10,090 nucleotides of DNA, taken from contig CAZUBM010000042.1 in NCBI GenBank assembly GCA_964618805.1, positions 1 to 10,090 on the forward strand. The letters run 5' to 3'. The translations under genes and the position numbers were made by a program. This stretch comes from an uncultured Nitrososphaerota archaeon. Its GTDB lineage: Archaea; Korarchaeota; Korarchaeia; Korarchaeales; Korarchaeaceae. Under the pieces are notes generated by a model. That model was not told where the DNA came from, made no database searches, and saw nothing but the letters and a program-made list of their open reading frames with translations. Shown in pieces: positions 1 to 7,011 of this stretch. Each line of letters opens with the position of its first letter. The first letter of the stretch is position 1.

Positions 1-698
1 GCTAATAGGGTCTTACCGCATCCAGGAGGTCCATATAGAAGGATCCCCTTTGGAGGCTCGATTCCAAGCTTATGGAAGAGTTCAGGATGCCTAAGCGGTA
101 GCTCAACCATCTCCCTTATCTTTTGAATGGCCTCATCTAGACCTCCAATATCCTCATATGTGACCCTTGGAATCTTCCTCACTAACTCTGGAGCTGGAGT
201 CTTGCTAACCACAACTTCAGTCTGAGGAGTGACGATTACAGCATCTGCAGATGGCTGAATAGAGGTAACAATGAAATCGACCCTAGTTCCCATTATACTA
301 ACTGGAATGCTGTTTCCTCTGGCTAGAGCCATGCCCTCTAACATTCTAGACAAATAGCTCTCAATTCCGACTATTCTCAGCGCCTCGGTAGGTGCGAAAA
401 CTATCTTCTTAGCAGGTTTTGCCTTAACCTTCCTTATCCTCACGAAATCATCTATTCCAGCGCCAGCATTCCTTCTGGTATAACCATCGATCCTAATCAC
501 GCCTTTTCCATAGTCCTCAGGATATGCCGGCCATACTATGGCTACTGCCCTATTCCTTCCAACGATCTCAATTACATCGCCAGAACTCAAACCAAGTTCT
601 TCCATAGCTTTTCTATCAACTCTAGCAATGCCCCTTCCGACGTCCCTCGAATGAGCTTCAGCAACTTTTAGGGTAATTTGCTTCCTTTCTTCATTCAA
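1..698 (-). CDS. cdc48: CDC48/VAT (p97-like) AAA+ ATPase, 5' part; runs off the left edge
   Basis: Not in the ORF track; translated by hand. TTG start at 698 follows SD AGGTGA (705-710). It reads (M)[27 protein letters not shown]...[12 protein letters not shown] (CDC48 N domain), then VTYEDIGGL...[37 protein letters not shown] (D1 Walker A). Confidence 0.97.
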   Translation of the reverse strand, partial: MNEERKQITLKVAEAHSRDVGRGIARVDRKAMEELGLSSGDVIEIVGRNRAVAIVWPAYPEDYGKGVIRIDGYTRRNAGAGIDDFVRIRKVKAKPAKKIVFAPTEALRIVGIESYLSRMLEGMALARGNSIPVSIMGTRVDFIVTSIQPSADAVIVTPQTEVVVSKTPAPELVRKIPRVTYEDIGGLDEAIQKIREMVELPLRHPELFHKLGIEPPKGILLYGPPGCGKTLL

Positions 699-721
699 TT
701 TCGATCACCTAAATTAAATTC

Positions 722-760
722 TTTTCAAAATAAAAATAAGTACAAAAAAGAGGGAAAAAA
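722..760 (-). terminator. Oligo-T archaeal terminator-like tract between hsp20 and cdc48
   Basis: The minus strand just after the hsp20 stop reads TTTTTTCCCTCTTTTTTGTACTTATTTTTATTTTG. U-tracts are the established archaeal termination signal. Confidence 0.6.
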
Positions 761-761
761 T

Positions 762-1262
762 TCACTCTACGTTAATCTTAGTTCCAGAAGGCCTAACCTC
801 TCTTTTTGCCTTGAAAGTAACCTCTAACACGCCGTTGTTGTACCTAGCTTTCGCACTTTTTACGTCTACCTCGATTGGAAGATCAACGCTTGCCTTGTAC
901 TTTCTGTCACCTCTTTCAGCCCTTATCTCAACACTTTTCTCTGTTGCTCTAAGATCTATATCTCTCTTTTCCACGCCAGGCATCTCAGCAATTACTTTGA
1001 CCTCGTTGGTCTTGTCGTCTACCATTACATCAACGAAGGGAGTTCTGAAGCCCTCGACTTCCTGCACTGGAGGCACGTTGCCAAAAGTCCTGACTACCGG
1101 CTTTCCTTCTGGTCCCATGGTTATTGAGAATCCGTATACGTAGGGTCCAAAGGTTTTTCCGGTCTTTATTGAAGAAAATTCTCTGTCTAGCATTCTCTCC
1201 ATTCTTCTAAATTCCTCTTCTATCTCATCAAATACCTTTCTAATCCATCTGTCCCAGTACAT
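762..1262 (-). CDS. hsp20: Archaeal small heat shock protein Hsp20 (alpha-crystallin domain)
   Basis: Has the archaeal sHSP motif GPYVYGFSITMGPEGKP, the core PFVDV...VIAEMPGVEK..I...AKARYNNGVLEV and a C-terminal IxV motif (KINVE). ATG 1262 is preferred over GTG 1271 because the GTG lies inside the SD GGGGTGA. Confidence 0.96.
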   Translation of the reverse strand: MYWDRWIRKVFDEIEEEFRRMERMLDREFSSIKTGKTFGPYVYGFSITMGPEGKPVVRTFGNVPPVQEVEGFRTPFVDVMVDDKTNEVKVIAEMPGVEKRDIDLRATEKSVEIRAERGDRKYKASVDLPIEVDVKSAKARYNNGVLEVTFKAKREVRPSGTKINVE

Positions 1263-1296
1263 CCCAATCACCCCCTTCTACTTTCTACTCGGATAA

Positions 1297-1328
1297 TTAA
1301 CCCCAGATTACATATATAAAATTTCTCC
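1297..1328 (-). promoter_or_regulatory. hsp20 promoter (BRE + TATA) with adjacent HSR1-like operator
   Basis: Minus strand reads GAGAAAT-TTTATATA (TATA 1320-1313), followed by gTAAT-ctggg-GTTAa (1311-1297). This is a 7/8 match to the TAAC-N5-GTTA core. Confidence 0.7.
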
Positions 1329-1393
1329 CCAATTCGAAGATAACATGCTAGGAGGATTTTCTTGAAATTTTATTAGTTTTCTTAAGCTCTAGG

Positions 1394-1936
1394 CTAGGTA
1401 ATACCACCCATTGTTTCTTTTATAGTCCTCAAAACCTCTCTTTTCAACCACAACAGATAGGACTGGGACTCTTCGAGCAACTTGATACCTTTATCTATCT
1501 TAGCTAAGAGTTCAGCGGACCTCCTCACCTTTTCCTCAAAGGAATTGCAGCGCTTTATTCTGGTCAGTTCTTTCCTTCCTTCTGTTAGAATTTGAATTAC
1601 ATCTCTATCAAAGGAAGGCTTAACTTGCGAGGTAAGATTGGATGCAGAAATTCTGTGGATGCTATCTCCAAAACAAAGGGAGAGAAATATGTTCTTTTTC
1701 AAACGATAATATCTTCTAGGGAGAGCATTTATGTCGCTTATCATTTCATAACTTTCAAGAAATCCCTCATCTTCTAGTTTTTTCAGATGTTTAAGAATGG
1801 CGGTTTGGGAGGCCATATCTCTAAGCTCTTTCCTAAGTTCAAACAAGTATCTTGGCTGTTCGGAAATAAGCTCAATGATCCTTCTTCTTATCTTGTTTGA
1901 AAGTATTTCGAATATTGTCTCAAGATCCTCTTCCAT
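1394..1936 (-). CDS. ArsR-like winged-helix heat-shock repressor, Phr/HSR1 family (COG1777)
   Basis: N-terminal wHTH IFEILSNKIRRRIIELI..P....EL......SQTAILKHLKKLEDEG.LES......PRRYYRLK with a helical C-terminal domain, resembling Pyrococcus Phr and Archaeoglobus HSR1. It lies directly upstream of hsp20-cdc48. ATG 1936 has SD GGAGG (1941-1945), whereas the track's TTG 1969 abuts the TATA box. Confidence 0.88.
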   Translation of the reverse strand: MEEDLETIFEILSNKIRRRIIELISEQPRYLFELRKELRDMASQTAILKHLKKLEDEGFLESYEMISDINALPRRYYRLKKNIFLSLCFGDSIHRISASNLTSQVKPSFDRDVIQILTEGRKELTRIKRCNSFEEKVRRSAELLAKIDKGIKLLEESQSYLLWLKREVLRTIKETMGGIT

Positions 1937-1967
1937 TTGTCCTCCAAGTTCGTTTTGAAGAAGAACC

Positions 1968-1980
1968 AATATATAAGTTT
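1968..1980. promoter_or_regulatory. TATA box for the regulator, possibly bidirectional
   Basis: Minus strand reads AAACTTATATA about 33-43 nt upstream of ATG 1936. The plus strand reads TATATAA (1970-1976), about 30 nt upstream of TTG 2007. Confidence 0.5.
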
Positions 1981-2006
1981 GGGTGTAGTATTCATTAAGA
2001 AAGATC

Positions 2007-2229
2007 TTGCGTAGACTGAAGATAGATAGCAGATTTATCGGAGAAAGAGGTTGAACTACCTATCAGAGGCAGAGAGGCAGTGCTTACAATTGCTGTTCCA
2101 AACGAAAACGGCAAAACCTACTCTGAGACCATGAGAATCCTAAATGGCGTCCTAAAGTTAAAACTGAATAACTCTCCTGTATATAGAAGTCAAGCCTTGA
2201 GGTATGTAAGGATCCAAGGAAGTTTTTAG
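2007..2229 (+). pseudogene. Probable small gene (~72 aa) frameshifted by a GATA tandem duplication
   Basis: A 67-codon stop-free frame spans 2026-2229 with no canonical start at its 5' end. Removing one copy of GATA at 2021-2028 joins it to TTG 2007, giving MRRLKIADLSEKEVELPIRGREAVLTIAVPNENGKTYSETMRILNGVLKLKLNNSPVYRSQALRYVRIQGSF. Confidence 0.4.
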
Positions 2230-2249
2230 ATCTTAGTATATTGTTCTGA

Positions 2250-2531
2250 TCATTCTGTCAATTCTTCAACCTCTTTCTTACCTTCCTCCAGCTCCTTAAC
2301 CTGCTCTCTATCGAACTTCAATAATAGGGCTAAGAACTCACCTACATGTGTCTTTTCTTCCTTTGCTATATCTAGAAGGATCCTTTTGATGTTTTCATTT
2401 TCAGTAGCCGCTGCCATTTGTTCATAGAGGTTTATGGCATCGAGTTCAGCGATTATTCCAGCTCTCAAGATCTCCTTATCCAAATCCTCCTTTTTTAGGA
2501 GATTAAGGTTGATAGGTAACTTTGATAACAT
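2250..2531 (-). CDS. Encapsulated-ferritin-like protein (Flp/EncFtn; ferritin/rubrerythrin superfamily), stand-alone, 93 aa
   Basis: EILRAGIIAELDAINLYEQMA...ILLDIAKEEKTHVGEF..LL...D.EQ..EL..G..EV.ELT closely resembles the Pyrococcus furiosus Flp domain and keeps the ferroxidase E..Y..EExxH ligands. ATG 2531 has SD GGAGG (2536-2540). Confidence 0.9.
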   Translation of the reverse strand: MLSKLPINLNLLKKEDLDKEILRAGIIAELDAINLYEQMAAATENENIKRILLDIAKEEKTHVGEFLALLLKFDREQVKELEEGKKEVEELTE

Positions 2532-2753
2532 GTTTCCTCCCAATTCCTCCAAAACCTGTTTTAACTTAAATCTTCCCTAAAATTACATCACTTAAACGTA
2601 TTATTGAGTCGTATGTTAGATTCTTTCCCTTTTTGTCAAAGAAACTAGTTCCCTTCTCTTTATGTTTAACTCCTATAAAAGACCCTAAGATTTTTCTTGG
2701 CTGCGAATTCGTTACCATTATAACGACGAAATATCCTTTAGGTATCGGAGACG

Positions 2754-3821
2754 ATGAGATTTCTAACTCTAGGTCTCCTGAAATGCATTCAATGCGCAAG
2801 CAATAGCTTATGCCTGAAACTAAGAGGAAAGGAGAAGGAATTTAGATCTAAAGATGTTAGCGATATACCTGTAACAGGAGCTCTGGAAGAGATTCAGGAA
2901 GGTATTGTAGTTTGTGAGAGCTGTTTCTTCTATTATACGATAGGAGTACAAGGTCTAGGGATTCTGGATGCTTCTCCTGCTCATTTTAGAGATCCTTTAA
3001 AAGAGAAGGAGGTTCTAGAAGGATGGGGGTTTGATACAAGCAAACTTCGTCTGAAAATCCCACGACTAAATGCAAGGGAGAAATGGCTCTTAACACAATT
3101 TAAGGAGGCCATGAAAGCATATGAGAATCCAGGAGAGTGTTGGAGCATAGATGAGCTCGAAATGATGCCCTACTTTCTAAGAATCCTAAAGAAAGGTGGA
3201 GTAGTACTTGATCTGGCAGGAGGATATGGCAGATGCGTTCCCTCTTTGCTTGAAAGGGCAGGATTCATAGTATTGGGCGATTTGTCTTCTAAAGAACTGA
3301 ATGTAGGAAAAGAACTCCTAAAAGATCTGAGAAGAGTGGATTTTGTCCGGTTAAATATGCTTAACCCTCCTTTCAAGGAAAAAGTCTTCGATGGAATCTG
3401 GTTCACACAGGCTTTTGAGTACGTCCCGCCAGATAAGCTAGAAAAGTTCATAGAGAACATCTCAAGGATACTTAAACCTGGAGGCGTTTTCTTCGGAAAT
3501 ATTGAGAGACAACCCCTCTGGAGGCTTCTTAAGGCTTATTTAAGCCTAAGACTCAAAGGTAATCCTGCAAAGCTCGGGGAGTATCACTATAAACTCAAAG
3601 ATGGTCTATTGCACTATCATTCGGTTCCTACGCTAACTAGATCTAGAATTGAGAGGTTATTTGAGAAGTACGATCTCGTTACAGTTTGTAAGCAGGATTA
3701 TCACAAGGAAGGATCCTACCCCTTAGTCTATTTGCTACAGCGACAGGAAGAAATTGTATCGTGTAAATCCTCAACAAATTGGAGAAACTCCGGTTTAACT
3801 AATAGATCGCAGGAAAACTAA
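2754..3821 (+). CDS. Class I SAM-dependent methyltransferase with N-terminal Trm112-like Zn-binding domain
   Basis: N-terminal LLKCIQC...EEIQEGIVVCESC..YYTI...GI has the Trm112 pattern with two CxxC pairs. The C-terminal part has motif I VLDLAGGYGR, LGDLS, PFKEKVFDGI and ISRILKPGG. TATA-like TTATAA at 2718-2723 suggests a leaderless or short-leader transcript. Confidence 0.9.
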   Translation: MRFLTLGLLKCIQCASNSLCLKLRGKEKEFRSKDVSDIPVTGALEEIQEGIVVCESCFFYYTIGVQGLGILDASPAHFRDPLKEKEVLEGWGFDTSKLRLKIPRLNAREKWLLTQFKEAMKAYENPGECWSIDELEMMPYFLRILKKGGVVLDLAGGYGRCVPSLLERAGFIVLGDLSSKELNVGKELLKDLRRVDFVRLNMLNPPFKEKVFDGIWFTQAFEYVPPDKLEKFIENISRILKPGGVFFGNIERQPLWRLLKAYLSLRLKGNPAKLGEYHYKLKDGLLHYHSVPTLTRSRIERLFEKYDLVTVCKQDYHKEGSYPLVYLLQRQEEIVSCKSSTNWRNSGLTNRSQEN

Positions 3822-3822
3822 A

Positions 3823-5202
3823 TTATCTGCGAACTGCTAGGAAAAACCTACCTATCTCAATAACCTCGTCTACATCCTCAGGAAGCTCATATCTACCTCC
3901 TTCTTTCAAAAAGACGAATAAAGCAGGTCTCTCATACTTAATTTTCTCAAAAATGGGCTTCCGGACCATTGGATCAGATACCTCTCCGTACATCGCTAGG
4001 TCCGTCTTCTTCCCTGTGAAGACATAGAGCATTTCCCCAATCCAGCCCCTATTCACATGGACAGCCTCTAATTCCCTGAATTCTGAGTTAATTATCTGAA
4101 CTATCTTCTTAACGTCTTCTCCGAGCAATGAGTAGTCTCCTCGAGAGAGAAGCATTATTTCCTCTCTTAATCCGCTCGGAACCCATCCCTTAACTATCTT
4201 TCCTTTTGATAACATGATTCCTGGCTGGAATAGCAGGGAGCATGCCAGTATGATGGAAGCTATGGCAACCTTTCTCACCTTACCATGCCTAGAAATGTCG
4301 TAAAGGGGAGCTGAAGCTAGCATTGCCCATATTAAAGAGGAGTGGGCCCAGAACCTTCGTCCATAGAGTACAAAAGATGGAGAAAAACCTAAAAGACAGG
4401 ATAGAGCTAAAAGACCGGCTTTTTCACCGCTTTTAATGGCATTGAGAGTTCCGAGAAACCCTAAGACTGTGATTGCCGATAAAATGAGGGGTCTATCTCC
4501 TCCCACTAGCCTAGATCCAATCCTTATCCAGCTCACGTTGTTTAGCATGTGTAGTCCCCAGGGCAAGAACAAAAGCATGGAGCCAGCTAAAAATCGCCTG
4601 TATAAAGCGAAATACTCCTTATTAATGAGGGAGAAGATAAACAAGCCCAAAAGATACAAGTAAGGTATTCCAAGATGGGTGTAGAGGCATAAACCCATCA
4701 TCAGAATGCTTTGGATAAGTCTCTTTTCGTAAAAGTAAGCTGCTGCCAAAAATGCAAAGCCACTAGCTAGAACCGATGGGAGCAATCCTCTATGAACCCC
4801 GAAAAATATGGGATCCATGCAAATTATGAGAAAGGCCAAGAATTCTCTCCAAGGATCCCTGTACACCTTTGAGAAGCTCAGCAGAGCCAAACTCGCGGAT
4901 ATAGGTAGCATTAAAGCGTTAAACACCTTTCCTCCGGCCAAGACGTTCCCTTTGAAGGGAATTGAGAGGAGGGCTACACATATGTGCAGGAGAGGAGGAT
5001 AAAGATGAGGTCTTCCTATGGGGTAATACTCCCAATCAGCATATAATGGAATGCTTCTCTTGCTAAGAATGTTCTTGGCAACTGCCATATGATACCAACA
5101 ATCTACGCCACCAGGTCCCTTTCTGATGTTAAGCAAAGAAACTACTAAGATCGTGGCGAAGAGTAAGATTGAAGCAATTCTCCAAGGCGATAGCCTTTTC
5201 AT
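3823..5202 (-). CDS. Polytopic membrane protein, probable GT-C fold glycosyltransferase (ArnT/PMT/STT3-like N-terminus)
   Basis: TM1 is followed by an external loop GVDCWYH...YYPIGRPHLYPPLLH (DxxYH and YPPL, typical of GT-C enzymes), then about 10 further hydrophobic segments including ..LYTH.. and a soluble C-terminal domain. Confidence 0.72.
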   Translation of the reverse strand: MKRLSPWRIASILLFATILVVSLLNIRKGPGGVDCWYHMAVAKNILSKRSIPLYADWEYYPIGRPHLYPPLLHICVALLSIPFKGNVLAGGKVFNALMLPISASLALLSFSKVYRDPWREFLAFLIICMDPIFFGVHRGLLPSVLASGFAFLAAAYFYEKRLIQSILMMGLCLYTHLGIPYLYLLGLFIFSLINKEYFALYRRFLAGSMLLFLPWGLHMLNNVSWIRIGSRLVGGDRPLILSAITVLGFLGTLNAIKSGEKAGLLALSCLLGFSPSFVLYGRRFWAHSSLIWAMLASAPLYDISRHGKVRKVAIASIILACSLLFQPGIMLSKGKIVKGWVPSGLREEIMLLSRGDYSLLGEDVKKIVQIINSEFRELEAVHVNRGWIGEMLYVFTGKKTDLAMYGEVSDPMVRKPIFEKIKYERPALFVFLKEGGRYELPEDVDEVIEIGRFFLAVRR

Positions 5203-5288
5203 TCTTGTCTCACATCACATGTTAGGACTAAAAACTATTTCTGGGACAAATGGTTTAAGTGTTAATCGTTGCTGCATCGTAAGACCAA

Positions 5289-5897
5289 TTAGACTATTCT
5301 AACGACCTCATCCAACTCTTTCCTTGGTCTCGGATTGGTTCGTTTCAATGGGATTCCCAACGGCAGAACAGCTATGAGCCTGCATCCCTCAGGCGGTCCC
5401 AAGACTTTGTTGAATTCCTCTTCCAAGAAGTTCACGACACCTATCCAACAAGTTCCTAAACCTAGAGCCGTAGCTGCTAGTGAAATGTTCTCTATAGCTG
5501 CTGAAACACTCTCAATTCCCCACATCTCCTCTATATGAGAATAATCCTTCCTCAATCCTCTCTGGCTGAATCGAAGGAAAGCAGCAATGTACACAGGAGC
5601 ACGATACATGCCTTGATCAAGTCTTTCTCGAAGTTTTTTCAACGTCCTTTGATCTATTGATTTGCTTCTTGCCCTTGCTTTCGTATAGTAATATATATGA
5701 GCCTTTTTTAGAAGCTCCCAAATCTTCTTACCCATCTTACTGTCCTTAATAACTACGAAGAACCACTGTTCCATCGCCATAGCAGTTGGTGCCCTTGTTC
5801 CAGCTTCTAGGATCTTCCTAATTGTAGATTCATCTAAAGGATCTTGTTTGAACCATCTGACACTCTTCCTTACATTTATCGCATCAAATAAATCCAA
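5289..5897 (-). CDS. Nitroreductase family (FMN-binding) oxidoreductase
   Basis: Motifs AINVRKSVRWF, ILEAGTRAPTA..EQWFFVVI, AAIENISLAATALGLGTCWIG, LPLGIP and PRPRKEL. TTG start has SD GGAGG 8 nt upstream. Confidence 0.95.
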   Translation of the reverse strand: MDLFDAINVRKSVRWFKQDPLDESTIRKILEAGTRAPTAMAMEQWFFVVIKDSKMGKKIWELLKKAHIYYYTKARARSKSIDQRTLKKLRERLDQGMYRAPVYIAAFLRFSQRGLRKDYSHIEEMWGIESVSAAIENISLAATALGLGTCWIGVVNFLEEEFNKVLGPPEGCRLIAVLPLGIPLKRTNPRPRKELDEVVRIV

Positions 5898-6095
5898 GAC
5901 ATCTTCCTCCCGATTACGAGTGTTTTTGATCCTCTTTCCTCAAATAATAATATTACCAGCAGATACATGTAAAACCGAGGGAAAAACATTGGATAGTGGC
6001 TTCTAGCTTAGTTTTTTCGGGTAAAGAGGGTTTGTGTGCCTGGGGCCTCCCTTGATCCTAATAGTTTTTAGGAACCCTCAACGCAAGACTAGGAC

Positions 6096-6971
6096 ATGTC
6101 CAAACGCAAAGAAATCGGGATACGACCAGAACCAAAACTTCTCCTGCTTATAATTGCAGTAACAATCTCCTCGACTAGTAGTATATTGATTAGGTTAAGT
6201 TCCGCCCCGTCCTTAATAATAGCACTCTATAGACTTGGAATAGCCGCCATTATAACGGGTCTTCTTACAATACCATCTGCAAATCAGCTCTTAGAGCTTA
6301 ATAGAAGTCAGATCGCCGCTCTTATCGTGTCTGGGGTGTCCCTTGCTCTTCATTTCTGGTCTTGGATGGGCTCCCTTAAACTTATTCCAGTGTCAACTAG
6401 CGTTATCTTGGTGGATTCTGCTCCGATATCAGCCGGTATTATGTCAAAGCTAATTCTTAGGGAACCTCCTTCAAAAAAGGAATGGTTAGGTATTTTTATG
6501 GGAGTAACAGGAGCTCTTGTCGTTGTCGGCAGACCTCAACGTGGAGGATCCCTCTTTGGAGCCTTCTTGGCATTGATCGGATCTATAGCCTTTTCAATTT
6601 ACTTGATATCAGGGAGATACCTGAGAAAAATTCTTGATACAATTTCTTATGCAGCATCCGTCTATGGTGTTGCCTTTCTTACTCTCTTAGTCATTGCAAT
6701 GGGATTAAACAGCCCGCTTTTTGGCTATAATACAAGAGATATCCTAATTTTCTTTGCTCTGGCGATCGGACCTTCTTGTTTAGGACACACCTTTTACAAC
6801 TATGCATTAAAATATCTAAAAGCACACGGGGTCTCCATAGCCATTCTTGGTGAGCCTGTAGGAGCTACTTTGCTGGCTTGGATCTTATTAAATGAACCAC
6901 CAGGCTTTGGGGTAATTCTAGGAGGACTCTTGATAATAATTGGCTCGATACTAACGCTAAAAGAAGGGTAA
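6096..6971 (+). CDS. DMT superfamily (EamA) transporter
   Basis: About 10 TM segments in two repeats: ALYRL, LALHFWSW..SL..IPVS.SVIL..SAP, LREPP, and LGHTFYNYALK...LGEPVGATLLAWILLNEPP. Confidence 0.94.
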   Translation: MSKRKEIGIRPEPKLLLLIIAVTISSTSSILIRLSSAPSLIIALYRLGIAAIITGLLTIPSANQLLELNRSQIAALIVSGVSLALHFWSWMGSLKLIPVSTSVILVDSAPISAGIMSKLILREPPSKKEWLGIFMGVTGALVVVGRPQRGGSLFGAFLALIGSIAFSIYLISGRYLRKILDTISYAASVYGVAFLTLLVIAMGLNSPLFGYNTRDILIFFALAIGPSCLGHTFYNYALKYLKAHGVSIAILGEPVGATLLAWILLNEPPGFGVILGGLLIIIGSILTLKEG

Positions 6972-7011
6972 TAATGGTCTTAATTGCCTTTTATCTGTGT
7001 AGAAAACTCTA

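Noticed and set aside
811-1143. 110-aa plus-strand ORF
   Set aside because: Antisense shadow of hsp20, Ser/Leu/Thr-rich with no motif.
1592-1777. 61-aa plus-strand ORF
   Set aside because: Lies entirely antisense within the regulator gene.
2226-2252. Possible TGA read-through or selenocysteine extending the ferritin-like protein into an encapsulin
   Set aside because: An in-frame TAA follows after 7 codons and no encapsulin-like sequence or SECIS is evident downstream.
2566-2799. 77-aa minus-strand ORF
   Set aside because: Its 5' end overlaps the well-supported Trm112-MTase start and it covers that gene's likely promoter. No recognisable motif or SD. A 50-aa version from ATG 2718 cannot be fully excluded.
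3170-3460. 96-aa minus-strand ORF
   Set aside because: Antisense shadow of the methyltransferase.
3823-5202. Calling the membrane protein AglB/STT3
   Set aside because: Too short and lacks the WWDYG motif.
4436-5538. Short plus-strand ORFs 4436-4663, 4808-5002 and 5335-5538
   Set aside because: Antisense shadows of the GT-C and nitroreductase genes.
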